A DNA stretch of 47,546 nt from Candidatus Micrarchaeota archaeon (GCA_013360305.1 JABWCK010000004.1:1-47546), one strand, 5' to 3'. Shown: positions 24,625-33,285, numbered from the stretch's first letter. Notes: generated by a model from the sequence alone, not told the origin. Program-made: numbers and translations.

Positions 24625-24720
24625 TTATTCGTCTTCGTCGTCAAAATCTTCTTCGTCCCATTCTTCTTCGTCGTCAAAATCTTCTTCTTCATCAAAGTCG
24701 TCTTGTTTTTCTTTAGGCAC
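24625..24720 (-). CDS. 31-aa hyper-acidic micro-protein
   Basis: GTG start 8 nt after GAGGTGG. Reads MPKEKQDDFDEEEDFDDEEEWDEEDFDDEDE. Contains an in-frame 23-nt direct repeat (24632-24654 and 24665-24687, period 33 nt). Last ORF of the psmB-aCPSF1-Fap7 string. Confidence 0.4.
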   Translation of the reverse strand: MPKEKQDDFDEEEDFDDEEEWDEEDFDDEDE

Positions 24721-24776
24721 TTTTTAGTCCACCTCTATTGTGAAAATGAGTTAGCAAATTATAATTGAATGTGATT

Positions 24777-25283
24777 TTAAGCTTTTTGCAAGCGAGAATG
24801 CTTTTTAATCGTTTCCTCGTTCAACCAGCGTACGTTTGAATCAAATTTTTTGTTTAAAAAATTCGCTAAAGCACGACCGCGAGTATTATCTAATTGCCTT
24901 ACGGTCGCATAATTTTCTTCACTTTTTATCAAACAATAATCTAGCGCTTCAAGCAACACGTTGTCTAAAACTTTTTTCTTCGAATAATTTCTCGCATTCA
25001 AGCGTTTTTCTAATTCTTTCGGGTTGCAGCGCAACACGATTACTTCTTTCCCTAGAGAAAACTCGCACAACAAGTGCGATTCAATAATGCAATCGTCTTT
25101 TTTTTCTAGTTCTTTTTTCAATTTCTTTAAGTCTACTTCCAACTCGCGTCCTTGTTTTTTGTAAATTTTTTTTTCTTTTACTAAGGCAGTAACATCTACT
25201 AGTTCCAAGCCTAGTTTTTTAGATAGTTCTTTAGCGAAGAAAGTTTTTCCTGTTCCAGGAGTACCAGTTATTAGTATGTTCAT
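24777..25283 (-). CDS. Fap7/adenylate kinase isoenzyme-6-like NTPase
   Basis: 168 aa. P-loop ILITGTPGTGKT at the extreme N-terminus. Size and layout fit archaeal Fap7/AK6. 4-nt overlap with aCPSF1. Confidence 0.7.
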   Translation of the reverse strand: MNILITGTPGTGKTFFAKELSKKLGLELVDVTALVKEKKIYKKQGRELEVDLKKLKKELEKKDDCIIESHLLCEFSLGKEVIVLRCNPKELEKRLNARNYSKKKVLDNVLLEALDYCLIKSEENYATVRQLDNTRGRALANFLNKKFDSNVRWLNEETIKKHSRLQKA

Positions 25284-27187
25284 CTCAAGCGGATGGTATC
25301 CAAGTTCATTATAGAACGCGACTCGATGTGCATCATTTTGTTCAATGAGCGTGCTAGTTCTTCACACTTTGCTTCGTCCCCGTGGTTAGTAAAGATTCTT
25401 TGAGGCTTTGGTCTTAAGTTGCGTATGTAAGCTAGCAATTGTGATCGGTCAGCGTGTCCAGAAAAGCCATCTACAGTATAAACAGACATGTTTATTTTCA
25501 AAGCGTCAAGCTTGCTGCGTTCATTCATTACCGGAACTTCTTTAGCGCCTGACTGGATTTTCCTACCTAGCGACAAAGCGCTTTGATAACCAACGAATAC
25601 TAACGAGTTCTTTTCATCGTGGGCAAGCATTTTTAGGAATTGAAGACTAGTTCCGCCAGAAAGCATTCCTGCAGGAGCTAGAATTACGGCTGGTTCCTCG
25701 CTTTCAGCAATGTCTTTTCTTTCCTTTGAAACTACATTGTTGAACATTGGGTGTTCGAATGGAGAATTGTTTTGAAGAATCCTGCGTTGAACGTTTTTCC
25801 TCAAGTATTCAGGGTAAACCGTGTGTATTGCTGAGGCTTCCTTGCTCATGCCGTCAATGTATACGGGAACGTTTAAGTCTCTCAGCCCGTTTTCTAGTAT
25901 TAGCATGATTTCTTGAGCGCGGCCTACTGCAAAGACAGGAATCAATACTTTTCCTTTTCTCTCAATAGCGTCGCGAATTATTTTAACTAGTCTTGACTCG
26001 CAGTCTTCCAACCTAGGCTGCAAGTCGTCTTTTCCACCATAAGTGCTTTCTAAAATCAAGGTTTCGGCTCTAGGGAATCGAGTTTCAGCTGGGTCAAACA
26101 AGTTAGTTCGACCGTACTTGATGTCTGCACTGTACACTAAGTTGTGCAAGCCGTCTCCAATATGCAAGTGAACGCTTGCTGAGCCTAAAATGTGTCCAGC
26201 GTTGTAGAAAGTAAACCTAATGTCAGGAGTAACGTCTGTTACTTCTCCATAATCTCGGCAAATCATGTTGTTTAATTGCTTCTTGACGTCTTTTTCTCCA
26301 AAAGGAGCGCCTGATTGAGTTTCTGAATTCATTACGTTCATGCAGTCTTGTTGCAGCAAGACCGTCAAGTCCCTAGTTGGAGGAGTACAATAAACAGGAC
26401 CATCATAACCGTACTTGTACAAGTAAGGAATGAATCCAGAGTGGTCCAAGTGAGCATGGCTCAAAATAACTGCATCTAATTGGTCTAATGACAAGCCCAT
26501 AGCGCTCAAGTAAGGGTACGCTCGAGTTGGGTCTGAGGTATCAATATTCATTCCGCAATCAAGCAATACGTTGCTCTTAGGGGTTTGAATCAATATACAA
26601 CTCCTACCTACTTCCTTGAATGCGCCTAACGCAGTCATTTTAACCCAATCGCAAGACGATGGAGGCGAAAGCATTTTCTTGCCTAGAGTATTCAAGAACT
26701 TCTTGCGTGACTCGCTGTTGATTATTAAAGAATTGCGAATTGCTTTCTCTATCTCGCTGGGACTAGTTGGAGATCGCAATACGCGAGGACTCCAGCCGGT
26801 TGTTAAAATAATTGACTTCAACACAGACCCGCCTTTTCCAATAACTAAACCGGGTTTTAATGCTTCAATTACTACTTCGTGAAAAACAGGATCAAACTTA
26901 ATGTCTGCCACGCCTGCTTCTACTGGAATCAAACTCTTGACTTCTTCTAACGCTTTAGTTGGAGGCATTAATGCAGAAGCGTCTACTCTCAACAAGATTT
27001 TCTTCCTGACTTTAGCCGCGATCTTAGTAATCAACTTGTCGTCTTCATAAAACGCTTTAATGTTTTTCAAATACAAGACGACTTGAGGGCCTTCAGGCTC
27101 TACTTTAGTCAACTCGCACTGAGGAGGAAGCACTTCCTTAACTAAGTGTTCTAAATCCTTTACAGTAACTGCATTATTCGAATCCAT
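25280..27187 (-). CDS. archaeal CPSF1-type beta-CASP ribonuclease (KH domains plus metallo-beta-lactamase)
   Basis: 635 aa. N-terminal KH-like VIGKGGSVLKSI, MBL motif LSHAHLDHSG, beta-CASP region and C-terminal FSGHAD...HGD. Confidence 0.85.
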   Translation of the reverse strand: MDSNNAVTVKDLEHLVKEVLPPQCELTKVEPEGPQVVLYLKNIKAFYEDDKLITKIAAKVRKKILLRVDASALMPPTKALEEVKSLIPVEAGVADIKFDPVFHEVVIEALKPGLVIGKGGSVLKSIILTTGWSPRVLRSPTSPSEIEKAIRNSLIINSESRKKFLNTLGKKMLSPPSSCDWVKMTALGAFKEVGRSCILIQTPKSNVLLDCGMNIDTSDPTRAYPYLSAMGLSLDQLDAVILSHAHLDHSGFIPYLYKYGYDGPVYCTPPTRDLTVLLQQDCMNVMNSETQSGAPFGEKDVKKQLNNMICRDYGEVTDVTPDIRFTFYNAGHILGSASVHLHIGDGLHNLVYSADIKYGRTNLFDPAETRFPRAETLILESTYGGKDDLQPRLEDCESRLVKIIRDAIERKGKVLIPVFAVGRAQEIMLILENGLRDLNVPVYIDGMSKEASAIHTVYPEYLRKNVQRRILQNNSPFEHPMFNNVVSKERKDIAESEEPAVILAPAGMLSGGTSLQFLKMLAHDEKNSLVFVGYQSALSLGRKIQSGAKEVPVMNERSKLDALKINMSVYTVDGFSGHADRSQLLAYIRNLRPKPQRIFTNHGDEAKCEELARSLNKMMHIESRSIMNLDTIRLR

Positions 27188-27222
27188 TTTATCAGTCTCT
27201 ATTCATTAAAATCAAAAAAAAA

Positions 27223-27852
27223 CTATTTGGCTAAAAAGTTTTTAACTTCGTCCTTGGAAAAACGCTTGATGCCTTTTTCCGTAACGACTAACGCATCAAT
27301 TCCGTCACCAGTAGCTGAATCCCTCTTCATAGCTGAAGAAACAGCTTTCACTGCCAAACGAACTGCGTCATCTTGACTCATTCCATCCTTAAAGTAATCG
27401 TCTAAAACACCATAAGCAACAACACTGCCTGAACCAGTCGAAACATAGCGTTCTTCCATTAAACCGCCTAATGGGTCTAAATCAAACAATCTTGGCTGCA
27501 CGTCAAAACCAGCAACAATCATTTGAACCAAGTAAGGAAAATACTTGTTTCCTTGAAGAACGTTAGCCAAGAGAGTAGCAGCGCCCTTAATAGACATTTC
27601 TTGACCGCGAGAATACTTATACAAAGCAAGTTCTGCTTTCATTATTCGTACCAGAGTTTGAGCGTCGCCTACTCCGCCTGCCATAGTCATTGCAACGCGA
27701 TCACCGACTACTTGAATTTTTTCTACTTCCCTAGAAGCAATGAAAGTCGAAAAACTAGCACGCTTGTCAGCAGCAATAACTACTCCGTCCTTGAAAGTAA
27801 CGCCTACAGTAGTAGTGCCTTTGAATATTTTTTGCTCAGTTTGCTCAGTCAT
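27223..27852 (-). CDS. psmB: proteasome subunit beta
   Basis: Short propeptide, then the Thr1 site KGTTTVGV; also GDAQ and SGSG motifs. ATG at 27852 follows GGGTGAT by 6 nt and is preferred to the GTG at 27867. Confidence 0.85.
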   Translation of the reverse strand: MTEQTEQKIFKGTTTVGVTFKDGVVIAADKRASFSTFIASREVEKIQVVGDRVAMTMAGGVGDAQTLVRIMKAELALYKYSRGQEMSIKGAATLLANVLQGNKYFPYLVQMIVAGFDVQPRLFDLDPLGGLMEERYVSTGSGSVVAYGVLDDYFKDGMSQDDAVRLAVKAVSSAMKRDSATGDGIDALVVTEKGIKRFSKDEVKNFLAK

Positions 27853-27867
27853 TAGAATATCACCCAC

Positions 27868-27898
27868 AAAACTTTTTATTAAAAAGTTTGGTTAAAAA
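27868..27898 (-). promoter_or_regulatory. palindromic A/T promoter-like module (copy 5), upstream of psmB
   Basis: Minus strand reads TTTAACCAAA-CTTTTTAATAAAAAG-TTTT, then GTGGGTGATATTCTA-ATG. The palindrome centre is 27 nt from the psmB ATG. Confidence 0.5.
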
Positions 27899-27978
27899 AA
27901 CGAATAACTAATTCGAAGGATTGCAAAACAATATAGGCTGCTAGGCTTTAAAAACCTTGCATTTTGTTATTATAAAGT

Positions 27979-28683
27979 ATGAAGTTATTCAAAGCAATCG
28001 CAAGTGACTACACTCGTTTGAGAAGAAACTCAGCGCTAGATAAAATAAGCGCGTTCCACCCAGAATTGTCAAAAGACTTGGCTGAAAAAAAAATTAATTT
28101 AAGACACATAGCGAGAGTATTAAACGAACACGAACGCGGCTTAAGCAAAGAAGACAAGAAAATAAACGCAACACGACATTTTGCAGAAACGCTTAGAACA
28201 CTAATCAATGAAGGTTACTATACAGATTTCACTGCTACTCGGTTGAAAAACTTGTTTTTGAAATACCGAAAAAAACCCAGCAACACCATAGCTATATCCG
28301 ACAAAATGAAGGACTTTTTTTCAACTTTAAAACCAAGCGATTCAGCACGAATTAAAGACTACTTAGATTTCTTGAACGCAGGGTTGCAAAGAAACAAACA
28401 AATAGAAGAAGCATTAGAAAAAAAAGCAATTAGCTTAAGTACAACTGAATTAAGGCAAGCTAGAATAAGAACGGTTTTCAACCCATTAACGTTAAGCGAC
28501 GTGTTCAAAAAACTAGTTTCTTCACCTAATTTTAGAGAGTACCACTCGATTTACTGGGATGCAGTAACTAAAGGAGATGCTGAATTGCTTGAAAAAATAA
28601 TAAGTCTCGACCCTAAAACAATGGATCAAGAAGAAATAAAGAAATACAAAGAAAAAGTAACCGCATTGCTAAGAAAAAAATAA
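27979..28683 (+). CDS. hypothetical basic protein
   Basis: 234-aa Lys/Arg-rich helical-looking ORF. No motif recognised. Confidence 0.45.
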   Translation: MKLFKAIASDYTRLRRNSALDKISAFHPELSKDLAEKKINLRHIARVLNEHERGLSKEDKKINATRHFAETLRTLINEGYYTDFTATRLKNLFLKYRKKPSNTIAISDKMKDFFSTLKPSDSARIKDYLDFLNAGLQRNKQIEEALEKKAISLSTTELRQARIRTVFNPLTLSDVFKKLVSSPNFREYHSIYWDAVTKGDAELLEKIISLDPKTMDQEEIKKYKEKVTALLRKK

Positions 28684-28685
28684 AA

Positions 28686-28850
28686 TTAAGCAAAAGAAAG
28701 AGAAGGAATAGAAACTTGTTCTTGAATGCTTGGAACGCAGTCTAGAATGACTCTTCCGCCTTGATGGATTATTTCTCTAACGTTGTAATCCGCGTCGGAA
28801 AAAACTCTTTCTAAATCCTTGTACGAAATCCTTGAAACATCAATCTTCAT
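28686..28850 (-). CDS. possible 54-aa small protein
   Basis: ATG 10 nt after GGAG. Reads MKIDVSRISYKDLERVFSDADYNVREIIHQGGRVILDCVPSIQEQVSIPSLSFA. Not in the track and no family recognised. Confidence 0.3.
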   Translation of the reverse strand: MKIDVSRISYKDLERVFSDADYNVREIIHQGGRVILDCVPSIQEQVSIPSLSFA

Positions 28851-28904
28851 ATTGCTTCATCTCCCCGCACTTGTGCGGAAATAGACAACTGAAGCTGGTT
28901 TAAA

Positions 28905-28976
28905 AACCAAAGACCGACCACGATTCCGGTGTCCGCATGGGGGCGTTGTACCTCGACCGGACTCGTTTTCCCCCTT
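28905..28976 (-). repeat. GC-rich G5/C5-hairpin element, copy B (intergenic, directly after the GT2 stop codon)
   Basis: Minus strand reads AAAGGGGGAAAACGAGTCCGGTCGAGGTACAACGCCCCCATGCGGACACCGGAATCGTGGTCGGTCTTTGG. About 60% GC over its core (hand count), against an AT-rich background. Shares collinear blocks with copies A and C. Confidence 0.6.
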
Positions 28977-29684
28977 TCAGCGGATTCGTTCGTATTCTTT
29001 TTCTGATTTTCCTAGGAAGTGGATTTCGAACAAGTTTTTGACGTGAAAGGCAGTGAATTTAAGCAGTCCCCAAGCACGAATTCTTCTGGGAGAAATAGTT
29101 ACAAACGACTTGGGTTCGAATACTACTTTCCCGCGTTTTTTTAGTTTTTTTAATAATTCAATATCTTCAGCAGTTACTAGTTCGGTCTTGAATCCCTTGA
29201 CTGCGTCAAAGTCTTTCTTGCGTACGGCAATATTAAAACCCGCTCCTGAAGGCATTCCTAGCACTGCTAGAATCCACAAGTAACTCGAAAAAGCGGGTCG
29301 AGCGAATAATTTTTCCAAGAAAGTAGGGTTAGCTACTTCGGCAGTACCGTAAACAGCGACTACGTTAGGATCATTGAAGCGGTTAGCCATTATAGCAAGC
29401 CAGTCTTTTGGAGCGATAGTATCTGCATCAGTGAAAACAAGTATTTCTCCAACTGCGTGACCGCATCCAGCTTGTCTTCCTGAAGCAATAGTGTGCTTGA
29501 TTTCTTTGTATACGCCTTTAATGTATTTTTTAGCTATTTCTCTAGTATTATCCGTACTTTCTCCGTCGGCGACAATGATTTCAAAAGGTTGCTTGAATTC
29601 TTGCGATAAAATCGACTCTAGAGTGCGAGCGATATTTTTCTCTTCATTATAAGTAGGAATAACTACAGAGACTAGCGGTTTCAT
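28977..29684 (-). CDS. family 2 glycosyltransferase
   Basis: 235 aa. VSVVIPTYNEEKNI start, ADGESTD and FTDADT (DxD) motifs typical of GT2/GT-A enzymes. Confidence 0.8.
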   Translation of the reverse strand: MKPLVSVVIPTYNEEKNIARTLESILSQEFKQPFEIIVADGESTDNTREIAKKYIKGVYKEIKHTIASGRQAGCGHAVGEILVFTDADTIAPKDWLAIMANRFNDPNVVAVYGTAEVANPTFLEKLFARPAFSSYLWILAVLGMPSGAGFNIAVRKKDFDAVKGFKTELVTAEDIELLKKLKKRGKVVFEPKSFVTISPRRIRAWGLLKFTAFHVKNLFEIHFLGKSEKEYERIR

Positions 29685-29720
29685 TATTGAAAAATAACTC
29701 CATTCTAGAATTTAAAGCTC

Positions 29721-32700
29721 TCAAGCAGAACTCAACTTGACTTCTACTAGTTTGGAGCCTTCTTTGCCTTGCATTGCTACTCCAACCAAGCAACCCGCCT
29801 TCTTGTAAACCGTTTCGTTATGAGTAACAACCAAGAATTGTGTTCCGTTACTTAAAGCAGAAATTAATTCCTGTAGTTTTCGAGAGTTTTCATTATCTAA
29901 CGCGGCATCCGCCTCGTCTAAAACATATATTCCAGAAGGATTAACGCCTTGCATGGCGAATAGGAACACTAATGCAATTAGTGACTTTTCTCCGCCGCTC
30001 ATTAACTCCAAGTACTTTACTTCCTTGTTGTCCAACTGTACTTGTATAGTAAGTCCTCCTTCGAACGGGTTTTCACTATTTTCCAAGAATAACGATCCCT
30101 TGCCGGTAAATATTTGGCCGAATAAGTGTTGGAAGTTTTTGTTTATTGCGTTGAATGAATCCATGAAAGTAGCGATTTTCCTTCCTTCAATCTCGTTAAT
30201 TATTCCAATAACTGCCTCGCGTTCTTGACCTAATTGGTCTACGCGTTGTCTTTGTTCCAACAAGTCTTTCGCTTTTCGGTCATAGTCTTCAATAGCACGC
30301 ATGTTAATGCTGCCCAAACTAGTTATCAATGAATGGACTTCGTCTAATTCACTCTGTAAACCAGGCTTGTCTTCAAAGTTTTTCTTTAACACAGTTACTT
30401 CGCCCAAGTCATCTAGTTGGAATTTGACTGACTTGATTTTTTCTTCCAAGCCAGCGCGTTTGACTTCGTTGCTTTGCTTGTTTGGCTTGATTTTTTCTTC
30501 CAACTCGAATTGGAGTTTGGATTTCTTTTCACCAAAATCACGAATCTTTTTTTCTAAACCGCTTCTGGCGTCCCATAATTCCTTCAAGTTGCCTGCGACT
30601 TTCTTTTGTTCTTCTAATTTTTCCCTCAAGTCATCTCGAGCTTTTTTAATACGAGAGTCAGCTTCCTTGCATACTTTAGCATAATCGTTTTGCTGTTGAA
30701 TTAATTCGTCTTCTTGTTTCTTTATTGAAGCTAGTTGTTTTTCGAAAACAGAGTGCTTGGTTTCAGCTGACGATTTTTCGCTAGATAACTGTGAAGCGCG
30801 TATTTTCAAGTCTGAAACTTTTCGTTCTTTTTCTTTAACTGAATTGCCGAATGCTTCTTGTTTTTCTACGTCGGTTTTTTCCTTGTATTGCAAGTACTCA
30901 ATATTGATTTGAGAGAGTTTGCGAACTAGTTCGCGACGTTCTTCTTCTCCCGAATTGACTGCTTCTAAGCAGGAAAGGATTTCTTTTTCTAGTTCAGAAA
31001 CTGCTTTCCTGACGTCGGCTAGTTTTTCCTTGTTTTCTTTTTCTTCCTTTTCCAAGTGTTGTATTTCTAGATCAAAAGTCTTCTTGCGCAATTCAGCCTC
31101 AGCTTTCTTTTTGCGCGACTCGCTAGCAGATTCTCGGTTTGAATTTAATGAATCAATCACGCTCAAGCGAGTTGATTCTAGTTCTTTTAGTTTTAAGTCC
31201 CACTTGTCTAATTCTTTTGATTCAAGGAATGGATTGATTTTTCCACTAGAAGCGCCTCCAGTAACTAATCCCGACTGCTCGAATAACTCGCCGTCCATTG
31301 TTACTAAACGCGCTTCGCCCACTAGTTCTTCAGCGGAATTAAAGTCTTTCATTACTAGCGTGTTCCCGCAACAATACTCTAAAGCTTTCTTGTATTGCGC
31401 GTCAAAATCGAGCAAGTTAATCAAGAAGTCAACGCTGCCTTTTTCTTTCTTTAAAGACTCGTCTTGTTTAGATACTCCAGAAGCTTGAATCTTGTCTAAA
31501 GGAATAAATGACATTCTCGTCAAGTTGTTTTTCTTCAAGTGATTAATGCATTTTCCAGCAGTTTTTACCGAGTCAACTACTATGAAAGACAACCTAGCAC
31601 CCAAACCAATCGATATAGGCACTGCATATTTTGAATCAAAGTCAACTAGTTCTTGCACTACCCCGTAAACGCCATCGAATTGTTTTAATGAATTACTGGC
31701 TTCCATTAAGCCACTAGACCCGCCGGCTTGTCTTAGTCTTTGTTCGTGGAATGAAACCTTCTTTCTAGCTTCAATCAAGTCCTTCTCTGCTTCCTGGAGA
31801 GACTTGTTTAAAGTTTTTTCTTCACTAAACAACTCGCTTACTTGCTTGTCGTAATAAAACAAGTCTTTTTCTACAGCCTTTAACCCATCGAGTAATTCTT
31901 TTAGTTTGGAAGAATTTTCTTCAACTACCCCACGCTTCAAGCGATCTAATTCGTGTTCTTTTATTCGCTGTAATTCTTTTTGCTTGCCGTTTTCTGCTTG
32001 AATCTCGTTTAATCGTTCTTTTACTGAAAGCATTTCTTCTTCTAAAGACTGCATTTTCTTTACTGAAGAATGAAAATCCTTAGTCAAAGAAGAATTTTCT
32101 CCCACTAATGAAAACAATTCGCCTTCTTCTTTCTTCAATAATACTGAAACTTCGCTTAATTCTGAAGTCAACTCGTCTAAAACTATTTTTTGAGCCTTGA
32201 CTTCATCAAACGCTTTTTGCTTTTCAATTCCTAACTCCTTATGCTTAGCTTCAAGCTTTTGAGTCTCGGCCTTTTTTTCATCAATCAACAACTTGCCTTG
32301 ACTAATCAAATTGTTTAACTCGTCAATTTCCCTCTGCAAGTCAACTTCCTTGCCTTTTCCTTTCAAGAGAACTTGCTGGTTTAATTCTTCCACTTGCTTT
32401 TGGCTAGAAATTATTTCTTCATCTACTAACTTGATTTCTTCATGCAGCTTTTTGATTCTAGACTCCAAGTCTAAATTGCTTGAAACAAGCGAGTCAAAAT
32501 CCTTCTGCAAAGCACTCAAGTCAATAGAAAACAAAGTAGCCTTTAGGGTTTTCATCCTAGCATCTAGTTCAATGAATTTCTCGGCGTTTTCTTTCTCTTC
32601 CGCCAAATCCTTCAAAAAACCTTCCTTTTCGCCTAATAACACGTTGGACTCGTTGAGTTTTTGCTGGACTTTATTCAATTCCCCAAGAGCTTCCTTCTTC

Positions 32701-33170
32701 TTAGACTCGTACTCTGAAACATTAGCAACGAAATCAATCAAACCCCTTCGGTCCTTGGGGTTCATTTCAACAATTCTCTGCACTTCACCCTGCTTGATTA
32801 CATTATGCAAAGAAATCTTATGCTTGGATAAGAATTCTTCAATCACGTACTTCTTCACTCGGCGGCCATCCATAGAATACTTTTGCTTTCCATCCTTGCG
32901 GATTACTCTAGCAACTGAGTGTTTTTTCTCGCCATCACTCAAGACAACAGTTACTTCAGCCACTCCAGCATTAGACGCCAACAAATCACTCGTCTTCTTA
33001 ACCCGCATAGCTTTCAAAGACGATTCTCCGAAAGCAAATAGCAATGAATCGACAATATTCGTTTTTCCGCTTCCATTAGGACCGACTATAGCGTTAAAAC
33101 CAGAATCAAAAGCAACGTTAGCACTCTTGAACGACTTGAAATTCCTTAAAGAAACCGATTCAACAAACAA
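29721..33170 (-). CDS. smc: SMC chromosome segregation ATPase
   Basis: 1149 aa. Walker A GPNGSGKTN, long coiled coils flanking a hinge (GVVQELV...), signature LSGGEKSL and Walker B YVLDEADAALD. TTG start. Confidence 0.9.
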   Translation of the reverse strand: MFVESVSLRNFKSFKSANVAFDSGFNAIVGPNGSGKTNIVDSLLFAFGESSLKAMRVKKTSDLLASNAGVAEVTVVLSDGEKKHSVARVIRKDGKQKYSMDGRRVKKYVIEEFLSKHKISLHNVIKQGEVQRIVEMNPKDRRGLIDFVANVSEYESKKKEALGELNKVQQKLNESNVLLGEKEGFLKDLAEEKENAEKFIELDARMKTLKATLFSIDLSALQKDFDSLVSSNLDLESRIKKLHEEIKLVDEEIISSQKQVEELNQQVLLKGKGKEVDLQREIDELNNLISQGKLLIDEKKAETQKLEAKHKELGIEKQKAFDEVKAQKIVLDELTSELSEVSVLLKKEEGELFSLVGENSSLTKDFHSSVKKMQSLEEEMLSVKERLNEIQAENGKQKELQRIKEHELDRLKRGVVEENSSKLKELLDGLKAVEKDLFYYDKQVSELFSEEKTLNKSLQEAEKDLIEARKKVSFHEQRLRQAGGSSGLMEASNSLKQFDGVYGVVQELVDFDSKYAVPISIGLGARLSFIVVDSVKTAGKCINHLKKNNLTRMSFIPLDKIQASGVSKQDESLKKEKGSVDFLINLLDFDAQYKKALEYCCGNTLVMKDFNSAEELVGEARLVTMDGELFEQSGLVTGGASSGKINPFLESKELDKWDLKLKELESTRLSVIDSLNSNRESASESRKKKAEAELRKKTFDLEIQHLEKEEKENKEKLADVRKAVSELEKEILSCLEAVNSGEEERRELVRKLSQINIEYLQYKEKTDVEKQEAFGNSVKEKERKVSDLKIRASQLSSEKSSAETKHSVFEKQLASIKKQEDELIQQQNDYAKVCKEADSRIKKARDDLREKLEEQKKVAGNLKELWDARSGLEKKIRDFGEKKSKLQFELEEKIKPNKQSNEVKRAGLEEKIKSVKFQLDDLGEVTVLKKNFEDKPGLQSELDEVHSLITSLGSINMRAIEDYDRKAKDLLEQRQRVDQLGQEREAVIGIINEIEGRKIATFMDSFNAINKNFQHLFGQIFTGKGSLFLENSENPFEGGLTIQVQLDNKEVKYLELMSGGEKSLIALVFLFAMQGVNPSGIYVLDEADAALDNENSRKLQELISALSNGTQFLVVTHNETVYKKAGCLVGVAMQGKEGSKLVEVKLSSA

Positions 33171-33264
33171 TTCAACAAAACCCTTTCCAAAACTAGTCTC
33201 AAAACACTTATACTAGCTACGAAAAATAACGTAGAAAAAGAATTTTAACCCTTCGAAAGAACCG

Positions 33265-33285
33265 CTTTCTTTTAATAAAAGAAAG
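33265..33285 (-). promoter_or_regulatory. A/T palindrome CTTTCTTTT-NNN-AAAAGAAAG between tRNA-Gln and smc
   Basis: Perfect 9-3-9 palindrome of the same CTTTT...AAAAG type as the promoter modules, about 95 nt upstream of the smc start. Role uncertain (promoter or terminator of tRNA-Gln). Confidence 0.3.

Noticed and set aside
28861-28976. GC-rich island considered as a tRNA, 5S rRNA, C/D-box or H/ACA sRNA
   Set aside because: No cloverleaf could be drawn on either strand and no UUCGAAU-type T-loop is present. The 5S rRNA loop motifs are absent. RUGAUGA/CUGA boxes are not in the required order. It is retained only as an unclassified repeat or structured element.
32311-33216. 301-aa ORF on the plus strand. 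Similar cases are 30919-31488, 30301-30684 and 29953-30228.
   Set aside because: These lie antisense to the SMC gene. Their Ser/Phe/Leu-rich low-complexity translation is what the reverse complement of Glu/Lys/Leu coiled-coil codons produces. SMC carries unambiguous Walker A, signature and Walker B motifs on the other strand.
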